NCBI GenBank assembly: GCA_014879945.1
Contig: JACSRE010000172.1
Span: 1,239 to 65,238, forward strand
DNA length: 64,000 bases
Direction: 5' to 3'
DNA from: Myxococcus sp.
GTDB lineage: Bacteria > Myxococcota > Myxococcia > Myxococcales > Myxococcaceae
Shown here: positions 44,732 through 54,000 of the stretch, in pieces
Numbering within the stretch: the stretch's first letter is position 1
Layout: every line of letters begins with the position of its first letter
Notes under the pieces: model-generated
What the model saw: the letters and a program-made list of their open reading frames with translations, nothing else
Database searches by the model: none
What the model was told of the DNA's origin: nothing
Program-made: the position numbers and the translations under genes

Positions 44732-46234
44732 ATGAGCATCGCCGAAATCGTCTTTCTCTGCGTCTACTTCGGCGTGTTGGCCGTTCTGTCGACGTACGGC
44801 TCGCACCGGTACCGCATGGCGTACCTGTACTACCGCCACAAGTTTCAGCTGCCGACGCCGAAGGGCGAGCTGACCGAGTGGCCGCGCGTGACGGTGCAGC
44901 TGCCGATCTTCAACGAGATGTACGTCGTGCAGCGGCTCGTCGATGCGGTGTGCCACGTCGACTACCCGCGTGATCGCTTCGAGGTGCAGGTGCTCGACGA
45001 CTCCACCGACGAGACGTGCTCGCTCGCGCGCGCGGTCGTCGAGAAGTGGAAGGAGCAGGGCGTCGACATCGTCTACATCCACCGCACCAACCGCAAGGGC
45101 TTCAAGGCGGGCGCGCTCGAGAACGGGCTGCACCTGGCCAAGGGCGAGTACGTGGCGGTGTTCGACGCCGACTTCGTGCCCGGCCCCGACTTCCTCAAGC
45201 GCACGGTGCCGTTCTTCGTCGACGACAAGGTGGGCATGGTGCAGGTGCGCTGGGGCCACCTCAACCGCGAGTTCTCGCTCCTCACCCAGGCGCAGAGCAT
45301 TCTGCTCGACGGGCACTTCATCATCGAGCACACCGCGCGCAATCGCTCGGGCTGCTTCTTCAACTTCAACGGCACCGCGGGCGTCTGGCGCCGCGCCACC
45401 ATCATCGACGCCGGCGGGTGGCAGCACGACACCCTCACCGAAGATCTCGATCTCTCGTACCGCGCGCAGCTCAAGGGCTGGCAGTTCACCTTCCTGCCCG
45501 ACATCATCTCGCCCGCCGAGGTGCCGGTCGACATGAACGCCTTCAAGGGCCAGCAGCACCGCTGGGCCAAGGGCTCGATCCAGACGGCGCGCAAGCTGCT
45601 CCCCACCATTCTCAAGTCAGATCTGCCGCGGCACGTGAAGCGCGAGGCGTGGTTCCACCTCTCGAACAACATCGCGTACCCGCTGATGGTGCTGCTGGCG
45701 GTGATGATGCCGCTGTCGATGGTGGTGCGCTTCCAGCACGGCATGTACCAGACGCTCTTCCTCGACCTGCCCGTCTTCCTCGCGGCGACGGCGTCGGTGA
45801 GCTTCTTCTACATCGCCACCGTGCGTGAGCTGGGCCTCGGCTGGTGGGACCGCGTCAAGTACCTCCCGTTCCTGATGAGCCTCGGCATCGGCCTGTCGAT
45901 CAACCAGTCGCGCGCCGTCATCGAGGCGCTGCTGCACCAGGAGAGCGAGTTCGCGCGCACGCCGAAGACCGGCTCCGAGGGCAACAAGGTGCAGAAGGTG
46001 CAGAAGGCCTACAAGGGTCGGCGCACCTGGGTGCCGTACGTCGAGCTGGCCTTCGCGGCCTACTTCGCGGGCGCCATCTGGTACGCCTTCGACCACGACA
46101 TCTACGCGTCGATGCCGTACCTGGTGCTCTTCATGTTCGGCTACGCCTACGTCGGGCTGACCAGCCTGTTCGACTTCAACCGGCGTCGGCAGGTGAGCGA
46201 GACGGTCGCGGGCCAGGCGCAGCCGACGGCCTGA
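44732..46234 (+). CDS. Processive family-2 glycosyltransferase, CslA/CslC-like membrane-embedded beta-glycan synthase
   Basis: ATG 44732 with GAGG 11 nt upstream. N-terminal TM. Motifs VLDDSTDE, VFDADF, TEDLDLSYR and QQHRWAKG (D,D,D,QxxRW), followed by 4-5 C-terminal TM segments. Confidence 0.88.
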   Translation: MSIAEIVFLCVYFGVLAVLSTYGSHRYRMAYLYYRHKFQLPTPKGELTEWPRVTVQLPIFNEMYVVQRLVDAVCHVDYPRDRFEVQVLDDSTDETCSLARAVVEKWKEQGVDIVYIHRTNRKGFKAGALENGLHLAKGEYVAVFDADFVPGPDFLKRTVPFFVDDKVGMVQVRWGHLNREFSLLTQAQSILLDGHFIIEHTARNRSGCFFNFNGTAGVWRRATIIDAGGWQHDTLTEDLDLSYRAQLKGWQFTFLPDIISPAEVPVDMNAFKGQQHRWAKGSIQTARKLLPTILKSDLPRHVKREAWFHLSNNIAYPLMVLLAVMMPLSMVVRFQHGMYQTLFLDLPVFLAATASVSFFYIATVRELGLGWWDRVKYLPFLMSLGIGLSINQSRAVIEALLHQESEFARTPKTGSEGNKVQKVQKAYKGRRTWVPYVELAFAAYFAGAIWYAFDHDIYASMPYLVLFMFGYAYVGLTSLFDFNRRRQVSETVAGQAQPTA

Positions 46235-46245
46235 GGCGGCGCCCG

Positions 46246-46716
46246 ATGGCGAGCCTCGACGTCATTCTTCCTCGGCAGGGCCTTCGTTTCCCCAGCACCT
46301 GCGCCGCCTGCAGCGCCCCGGCGAGCGTCGAGGTGCGGCTGTTCGAGTACAAGCCGTGGGACGCGGTGCACGTGCCCGTCTGCGCCGCGTGTCGCCCGAA
46401 GGTCTTCGTGGGGCTGGTGGTGCGCCGCCTGGCCGTGCTCTCGGTGGCGACCGCCGGCGCGCTGGCCGCGCAGGAGCTCTTCCCCGGCTGGCTGCTCTCC
46501 GTCTTCCCCGCCGCCGAGAAGGCGCGCGCGCTGTTTCCCCTCTTGTGGATCGTCGGCGCCCTCGTGGCCGGGCTGCCGGTGTTGGCGCTGTCGGTCTACG
46601 TCTGGCCCGCGGCGATCGACGTCAGCCTCGACAAGGTCCTGGTGACCTTCGAGAGCCACAACGCGCCCTGGGCCGAGGAGCTCCGCCGCCTCAACCGGGT
46701 GCCCGACGACGAGTAG
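46246..46716 (+). CDS. Small membrane protein with N-terminal double CxxC motif
   Basis: ATG 46246, 11 nt after the synthase stop. STCAACSAP...VPVCAACRP, then three hydrophobic segments. Confidence 0.55.
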   Translation: MASLDVILPRQGLRFPSTCAACSAPASVEVRLFEYKPWDAVHVPVCAACRPKVFVGLVVRRLAVLSVATAGALAAQELFPGWLLSVFPAAEKARALFPLLWIVGALVAGLPVLALSVYVWPAAIDVSLDKVLVTFESHNAPWAEELRRLNRVPDDE

Positions 46717-46824
46717 GCGCGCTCCGGCCCGCAGGGCGTGGCGGAGCGCTCGCCCATCGCGCGAGGCCCACCCCGCCGTTTCGAGAACGCGCGGGAGCGT
46801 GGGCCTTCGACCGGCCGCCTTCGA

Positions 46825-48954
46825 TCAGCTGCGCTCGCGCGCGCGCTCGACCTTGATGGCCTTCTCGCCGTGCAGCTTGCCTTCGAGCGCCTCGAAGGCC
46901 TTCACGTCGCCGTCGGCCACGTGAATGTACGAGTAGCTGCCTCGCAGCTCGGTCCTGGTCACCTTGCCGGCGGGGGCGCCGAGGGCCTCGAGGGCCGCGG
47001 GCACGCCGCTCTCGTCGATGCCGTCCAGCTTGCCGAGGTTCAGCCACAGGCGGGCCTGGCCGGCTTCGACGGGCGTCTCGACCCTGGGCTCACGCGGGCG
47101 ACGCTCACGGCCACCGCGCTCGCCCCGCTCACCGCGCTCGCGGCGCGGGCGCTCTTCCCGGGCCGGGCGGGCCTCGGCGGCGCTGCCGCTGGTGGTGGGG
47201 TCGTCGATGGGGGGCAGGGGCTCGCCGCGCTGCAGGCGCTCGAACAGCTCGCGGTCTGACAGCTTCTGACGCGGCGCGCGCGGCGCGGCGGGCGGCGTGC
47301 CCGCGACGGGCGTCGCGCCGTCATTGGCGGGGGCGCGCTGCATCTTCTCGAAGAGCTCGCGATCCGAGCCGCCGCGACCGCCTGAGGCCCGCTCGACCGA
47401 GGGCGCGCCGCCGGGCAGCGTCTGGGCGTCGTCACGCGGCGCGCGCGGGCGCTCGTCACGGCCACCCCGGCGCTCGTCACGACCACGGGCGCCGCGCTCT
47501 CCGCGGCCCTCGCGCTCACGGCGGGGAGGAGGCGCCGGCGCCTCTTCGCGCGCCTCGGCCACCGGCTCTCCGCTCGCCTCAGCCGTCGCCTGCACCTTCT
47601 CCATGCGGCGGTGCACGAAGAAGTTCTTCAGCAGGTACGCGACGAGGTCGTCGGCGTCGGCCCGCTGCTTGATGGTGGTCGCCAGCTGCAGGTAGCCCTC
47701 GTAGACCGACCCGGCCGCGGCCTCTTTGAGCTCGCGCACGTGGCGGTCGGTGAACATCTTGTTGGCGGCTTCGGCGGTGGGCATGGTGCGTTTCTCGAAG
47801 GTGACGTTGTATTTCTTCTCGAGCGTGGTGAGGGTCGCCAGCTCGCGACCCGACGTGATGTTCAGCGCCACGCCCTTCTTGCCGATGCGGCCGGTGCGGC
47901 CGACGCGGTGCAGGTAGACGGCGGCGTCTTCGGGCAGCGAGTAGTTGATGACGTGCCCGAGGTCCGAGATGTCGATGCCGCGGGCGGCGAGATCGGTGGC
48001 CACCATGAAGGCGACCTCGCCGCGCTTGATGCGGCCCATCACGCGCTCGCGCTCCTTCTGCGGCAGGTCACCGTTGAGCAGCTCGGCGTCGAAGCCGTTG
48101 CGGTTGAGCACCGCCGTCACCAGCTCGGTGTCGCTGCGCGTGTTGCAGAAGATGATCGCGTTCTGCGGGTCTTCGATCTCGAGCATGTACAGCAGGTTGC
48201 GCGGCTTGGGGTACGCGTCGCTGAGCTCGTACCGGACGTGCTGGATGTGATCGACGGTGAAGACGTCGCCCGAGAGCAGGAGCGTCTCGGGGTTGTTGGT
48301 GTAGCGCTTGATGAGGCGCTGAATGTCTTCGGGCACGGTGGCCGAGAACAGCAGCACCTGCCGCGTCTTCGGCAAGCAGTCGAGGATGCGGGTGACCTCT
48401 TCGTAGAAGCCCTGGTTCAGCATCTCGTCGGCTTCGTCGAGCACCGCGTGGGCGCAGGCGCCGAGCTTCAGGTTGCCGCGGCGAATGTGGTCGAACACCC
48501 GGCCCGGCGTGCCGACGACGATCGACGCGCCCGCGCGCAGCGCGTCCTCCTGCTCCTTCATCGAGGCGCCGCCGTAGATGCTCATCACCTGCACGTCGCG
48601 GTACTTCGCGAGGGCGGCGAGCTCGTGCGTCACCTGGAGCGCCAGCTCACGCGTCGGGCACATGATGAGCGCCCGCACCTCGCGCGTGCCCATGGGGATC
48701 TGATCGATGAGCGGCAGGCCGAACGCGGCGGTCTTCCCGGTGCCCGTCTTGGAGCGGACGATCAGATCTTTGCCTGCGCGCGCCGGCGCGTAGGCCTTGG
48801 CCTGAACGGGGGTGGGGTGGGTGTAGCCGCGCTCGGCGATGGCGCGGCGAAGCTCGGGGGACAGCCCCAGGTCATCGAAGCTGACGTCCGCGAGGTACTC
48901 CTGCGGGCGCTCCGACGAGCCGGTGGGCATCACTTCAGACGTGGTTCCTGTCAT
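46825..48954 (-). CDS. DEAD-box ATP-dependent RNA helicase (DeaD/CsdA-like) with Arg/Glu-rich linker and DbpA-type C-terminal RNA-binding domain
   Basis: Start MTGTTSEV (ATG 48954). Q-motif [16 protein letters not shown] (LDEADEM), [11 protein letters not shown]. The 48955-49440 part of the listed ORF is Ser/Thr/Ala-rich antisense to the sigma gene. Confidence 0.9.
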   Translation of the reverse strand: MTGTTSEVMPTGSSERPQEYLADVSFDDLGLSPELRRAIAERGYTHPTPVQAKAYAPARAGKDLIVRSKTGTGKTAAFGLPLIDQIPMGTREVRALIMCPTRELALQVTHELAALAKYRDVQVMSIYGGASMKEQEDALRAGASIVVGTPGRVFDHIRRGNLKLGACAHAVLDEADEMLNQGFYEEVTRILDCLPKTRQVLLFSATVPEDIQRLIKRYTNNPETLLLSGDVFTVDHIQHVRYELSDAYPKPRNLLYMLEIEDPQNAIIFCNTRSDTELVTAVLNRNGFDAELLNGDLPQKERERVMGRIKRGEVAFMVATDLAARGIDISDLGHVINYSLPEDAAVYLHRVGRTGRIGKKGVALNITSGRELATLTTLEKKYNVTFEKRTMPTAEAANKMFTDRHVRELKEAAAGSVYEGYLQLATTIKQRADADDLVAYLLKNFFVHRRMEKVQATAEASGEPVAEAREEAPAPPPRREREGRGERGARGRDERRGGRDERPRAPRDDAQTLPGGAPSVERASGGRGGSDRELFEKMQRAPANDGATPVAGTPPAAPRAPRQKLSDRELFERLQRGEPLPPIDDPTTSGSAAEARPAREERPRRERGERGERGGRERRPREPRVETPVEAGQARLWLNLGKLDGIDESGVPAALEALGAPAGKVTRTELRGSYSYIHVADGDVKAFEALEGKLHGEKAIKVERARERS

Positions 48955-48971
48955 TGCCGCGCCACCTGTAG

Positions 48972-48985
48972 CCCCCACGTGGGGG
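48972..48985. promoter_or_regulatory. Perfect 14-bp palindrome CCCCCACGTGGGGG in the helicase/sigma divergent region
   Basis: Read directly. Lies 18 nt upstream of the helicase start codon. Confidence 0.3.
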
Positions 48986-49123
48986 ATGAGCAATGACGGA
49001 CATCGCGCGGCCCCGAGCGCAAGCGCGCGTGGTCGCGGCGGGGCGAGGCTGAGGGGCTGCCCGATCTGAGGGGCGCGGATTGCGCTCGTGCCGAACGACG
49101 CGTGATCCGCTAATGCTGGCGCC

Positions 49124-50269
49124 ATGGCCGCGCGGAAGAAGAAGTCCGAGCAGGGAGAGCCCAAGCCGGTCGAGGTCGTCGAGGCCGAGATCGTCGAAGA
49201 GGCGCCGGCGCCGCCCCGGCCACGGCGCACGCGCACCGCCGAGGTGGTGGTCGACGCCACGCCGGTCGCGGGCAAAGAGGCCGACGACGAAGACACCGAC
49301 GCCGCGGCCGAGCAGGCCGAGCCCGAGGTCGGTGAGCCCGACGCGAAGGAGCTCGTCGCCGAAGAGGTCGACGTCGAGGCCGTGCCGGCCACGGTCTCGC
49401 GCACCCGCCTGGCCAAGGGCGACCCGCTCTCGGCGTACATGGCCGAGGTGACGCGGCACCCGCTGCTGACCCGCGAGCAGGAGATCGAGCTCTCGCGGCG
49501 CTACCGGGACACCGGCGACGTGCGCGCGGCCTACACCCTGGTCGCGTCGAACCTGCGCCTGGTGGTGAAGCTGGCGCACGAGTACCACCGCAACCCGCTC
49601 TCGCTCCTCGACCTCGTCCAGGAGGGCAACATCGGGCTGATGCAGGCGGTGAAGAAGTTCGACCCCGAGCGCGGCGTGAAGCTGGCGAGCTACGCCGCCT
49701 GGTGGATTCGCGCGTACATCCTCCGCTACATCATGGACAACTGGAAGATGGTGAAGCTGGGCACGACCGAGGCCCAGCGGAAGCTCTTCTTCAAGTTGCG
49801 CCAGGAGCAGGAGCGGCTGAGCAAACAAGGCGTCGAGGTGACGCCGAAGCTGCTCGCCGAGCGCCTCAACGTCACCGAGCAAGACGTCGTCGAGATGGAC
49901 ATGCGGCTGGGCAACGACGAGGTGAGCATCGACGCGCCCATCAGCGTCGACGACGATCGTGAGACGCGCGGCGACCGGTTGCTGCCGGCCAACGCGCCCG
50001 CGGCCGACGACACGCTCGCCAACGCCGAGCTGCGCGCCATCTTCAGAGAGAAGCTGGGCGACTTCGCGAAGAACCTGAACGAGAAGGAGCGCTTCATCTT
50101 CGAGAAGCGCCTCATCTCTGACGAGCCGATGACGCTCCAGGACATCGGCACCCAGTACGGCGTGTCACGAGAGCGCGCTCGGCAGATCGAGGCCGCGCTC
50201 ATCGGCCGCATGCGCAAGTACATGCAGGAGCACATCCCCGACTTCAACCTGCTCGAGAGCGAAGACTAG
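49124..50269 (+). CDS. RpoH-like (sigma-32 family) RNA polymerase sigma factor with ~95-aa acidic N-terminal extension
   Basis: Region 2 (LVASNLRLVVKLAHEY, QEGNIGLMQAVKKFDPERG, YAAWWIRAYI), RpoH-box-like AQRKLFFKLRQ, region 4 HTH (LQDIGTQYGVSRERARQIE). Confidence 0.88.
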   Translation: MAARKKKSEQGEPKPVEVVEAEIVEEAPAPPRPRRTRTAEVVVDATPVAGKEADDEDTDAAAEQAEPEVGEPDAKELVAEEVDVEAVPATVSRTRLAKGDPLSAYMAEVTRHPLLTREQEIELSRRYRDTGDVRAAYTLVASNLRLVVKLAHEYHRNPLSLLDLVQEGNIGLMQAVKKFDPERGVKLASYAAWWIRAYILRYIMDNWKMVKLGTTEAQRKLFFKLRQEQERLSKQGVEVTPKLLAERLNVTEQDVVEMDMRLGNDEVSIDAPISVDDDRETRGDRLLPANAPAADDTLANAELRAIFREKLGDFAKNLNEKERFIFEKRLISDEPMTLQDIGTQYGVSRERARQIEAALIGRMRKYMQEHIPDFNLLESED

Positions 50270-50979
50270 CCGTTGCGGGCGCGGAACATGCGCTGGCGGT
50301 GCGTGCTGCCGTCGAGCGCCTCGTAGAGGAAGCCCCGGAAGACCGCGTAGACGTGCAGCAGCACGCCGACCACCAGCCCGCTCACCACCGCGCCGGCCGC
50401 GCCGAACACCAGGAAGACCGCGCCGAAGAGCGAGAGCGCGAAGGCGGCGCCCAGCACCAGCCCGTTGGGAATGAACCACTCGATCCAGTGCTCCTGGAGG
50501 AAGCCGAAGCTGCGCTGAATGGTCTCGATGCCGCCGCGGGTGCCCTTCAGGTAGATGGTCTCGGGCACGGTGTTGAGCGCGATCAGCAGCACCAGGCTGT
50601 AGGGCGTGGCGAGGTCGGGGTTGGCCTTGAAGAGCGGGCCCAGCACGAGATCGACGATCCACAGCACGAAGAAGATGCTGATCCACGACCAGAAGTACGC
50701 GCCGATGCCGGTGCGCAGCTGATCGAGGCCGACCTTCTGGTTGGCGACCAGGCCGCCGAGGAAGAAGCAGTAGATGCTGAGGGCCGCGCTCCGGGCCAGG
50801 CCGATCAACAGGCCGCCCGAGAACGGGTCGAGCGCCGCGCCGAACACCATGCCCAGCACCATCCACGTGACGGCGAGCCCCATCGGGAGCAGCAACGTCC
50901 ACGGGTTCTTGCCGATCGCCGCCAGCGCGCTGGTGAAGGCCTGCCCGTAGATGCGCGCGTAGACGACGATGACCTTCAT
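50266..50979 (-). CDS. Integral membrane protein, unknown function
   Basis: Six hydrophobic segments with membrane-protein composition. Its stop overlaps the sigma-gene stop within the CTAG at 50266-50269. Confidence 0.65.
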   Translation of the reverse strand: MKVIVVYARIYGQAFTSALAAIGKNPWTLLLPMGLAVTWMVLGMVFGAALDPFSGGLLIGLARSAALSIYCFFLGGLVANQKVGLDQLRTGIGAYFWSWISIFFVLWIVDLVLGPLFKANPDLATPYSLVLLIALNTVPETIYLKGTRGGIETIQRSFGFLQEHWIEWFIPNGLVLGAAFALSLFGAVFLVFGAAGAVVSGLVVGVLLHVYAVFRGFLYEALDGSTHRQRMFRARNG

Positions 50980-51067
50980 GACGCGTCACGTAATCACTTT
51001 TCGTCGGTCGGCCAATGACGACGTGGCGTATGCGGAGGGCTCCGCTCGCTGAACGATGGGGGTCTTC

Positions 51068-54000
51068 ATGAAGCGCCGCATCGCCGCCCTCGTGGTGCTC
51101 GCCGCTTCCTGCGCCCCCGAGCTGCCCAACACCCCGCCGGGAGACTTCGTGGTCGCCCGGTTCGACCCGTCGGCCGCCATTGCGGTGGTGCCCTCGCCGA
51201 ACGACCTCGCGACCGACCCGGTGACGGGGCTGTTGAGCGTGCCGGTGCCGCCAGAGGCGAGCGCGGCCGACCGCTGGTTCTACGGCTGGCTCAACACGCT
51301 CAACGGCTTCCCCGCGGCGACCGGCGCGTCGGTGACCTTCACCCAGGCGCTCGACCCGGCGACGGTGACCGCGGCGACGGTGCGGGTCCTCGACCTCTCG
51401 GCCAACGGCGCGCCCGTCGAGGTCTCCCGCGCGTCCGTCGAGACGCCCAGCCCAGCCGCGCCGGGCCAGGTCAACGTCGCGGCGCCCGCGGGCGGATGGG
51501 TGCCAGGGCATCGCTACGCCATCGCGATCATCGGCGGCGTCAACGGCGTTCGCGGCAAGTCGGGCGCGGCGTGCGTGGGGAGCGCGACCTGGGCGCTCGC
51601 CCGCAACGAGGGGGCGTTGATCGACTGCCCTGAAGGCGATCTCACCTCGAGCGCCTGCCGGCTCACCACCGAGCTCATCCCCTCGGCCATCACCGAAGAC
51701 CCGGCCCGGCGCCTCGCCGATCAGCTCGCGACGGCGAAGCGGCTCGAGGCGCTGCGGCGCAAGTACCAGCCCGCCATCGACGCGGTGGTGGCCACCGGCG
51801 TGCTGCGCTCCGAGCTCGCCCTGCTGTGGACGTTCCGGGTCGATGACTCGGCGTCGTTCGTGTTCGATCCGGCGGCTGCTCCGCCGCGCGCGCCGACCCC
51901 CAACAACCTCTCGATCAAGCAGGGGCTGGTCTCGTCGACCATCGATCCGCTGGCCTCCCCCGCGACCCAGGAGTGGACGCGCACCTGGCTCAACACCCTC
52001 AACGGTTTTCCTCCCGCCACCGTCGCGGGGGCTGACATCGCGCAGCAGGCGCTCGAGCCGTCGACGATCACGCCGCGCTCGGTGCGGGTCCTCGCGCTGT
52101 CGGGCGGCCCGCTGACGGCGCCGCCGACGGTGTCGTGGAGCACCGCGCTCAAGCGCCTGACGCTCACGCCGGCGGGCGGCTCCTGGGGCGCCGCGAAGAC
52201 CGTCGCCGTGGTCGTCATCGGCGGAGACAGCGGCGTCAAGGGCGTGGAAGGCAAGCGCCTGGTCGGCAGCCAGGTCTGGGCCCTGGTGCGCAGCGCCGCG
52301 CCGCTGGTGGACTGCGAGGTGCTGGGCCCTTCGTGCCGCTCGTTCGTGAAGGCCGCGCCCATCACCGTCAACCAGGCCATCGCCCTCGAGAGCCTTCGCC
52401 GCACCTACCGACCGCTCCTCGATCAGCTCGAAGCGGAGGGCGTTCGGCGCCACGACGTCGCCGGCGCGTGGGTCTTCTCGACGACCGACCAGCCGGAGCT
52501 GGTGTTCGACCCGACGAGCGCCTCTCGCAGGCTCCCCACGCCGAACGCGCTGCTGATCGACCCGGCGACGGGCCTCGTCGCCGAGCCCACCCCGCCGGGG
52601 GCGTCGCCGGCCCACGCCGAGCTGATCGCCGACTACCTCAACACCCTCGACGGCTTCCTGGTCGCGTCGATCGCGTCGGCGGCCATCGAAGGCGACGTCG
52701 ACCCCTCGAGCGTGACGACCAACTCGGTGCGGGTGCAGGTGCTGTCGGGCGCGGCGCTGGTTGGCGGTCCGACCGTTCGGTTCGACGTCGCCGCCAACCG
52801 GGTCGAGGTCACGCCGCCCAACGGCAGCTGGGGCAAGGGGCGCTCCATCGCCGTGGCGGTGCTCGGCGGGCCTGCCGGCGTGCGCTCGTCGTCGGGCAAG
52901 CCCCTGGCCGCGTCGCAGGCCTTCTCGTTCGTCAGGCTCTCGACCTCGCTCGTCGACAGTGGCTGCGCCGTCGTCACCTCGACCTGCCGCTCGGTCACCG
53001 CCCTGAGCGACGCGCAGGCGATCGCGCTGGAGCCGATCAGGCGGTCGCTCGAGCCCGTCTTCGACTCGCTCGAGTCCACCGGCATTCTTCGCGAAGACGT
53101 CGCGGGCCTCTGGGTGTTTCGCACCGTCGATCAGGCCGAGCTGACCTTCGACCTCGACGTCATGCCCTTCCCCAACAACCACCTGCTGCGGGGCAACACG
53201 CTGCCCGACGGCGGCGTGGCGCGGGGCTTGTTGGTGGTGTGGCCCGATGGCGGCGCGCCCGGTGACGACGCGACGCCCGGGGTGCGGCTGTCGCTCCCGC
53301 TGACGCCGGGCGCCTCGCCGGCGCGCGAGCGGCTCATCGCGGGGCTCAACCTGCTCGACGGCTTCTCCACCACGGCGGCGATGGTGAGCGAAGACTCGGC
53401 GGCCCGCGCCGCGCTCGACTTCGGCGGCCTCGACGCGGGCTCGCTCACCTCGGGGGCAGGGCTGGTGCGGCTCGAGGGGCCTGCGGCGCTCCTGGCCGAC
53501 GGGGGCGTCAGGGGGCCCGACGTGCGCGTCTGCCTCAACTGTGCGTCGTCGCCGAATGACGCCGGCGCCGTCACCCAGCCGGAGCAGCTGCAGTGGGTGC
53601 CCCAGGCGCCGCTCGAGGAGGGCTCGCGGTACGCGGCCTTCGTCACCACCCGCGTGCACGACACACGCGGCCGTCCCGTGATGGCGTCGCCGACGTTCGC
53701 GCTCGTTCGGTCTCGTCACCCGCTGGTCGACGCGGGCGGCGAGAGCACGGTCCCGTGGGTGGCGAGCGCCGTGGCCGCGCAGCTGGAGCCTGTGAGGACG
53801 CGCTTCCGTGGCTGCCTCGATTCGCTCGAAGCGGCGGGCCACGCGCGGCCTTCGCTGGCGCTCGCGTTCTGCGCCACCACGCAGCGCCTCACCGCGCCGG
53901 CGCAGTCGATGGTGGCCGCGGCCAGCTCGACGAGCGTCACGCCGACCCCCGCCTGGGTGGTGGAGACGACGACGACGACGCGCCTGGCGCTCGACGCGGC

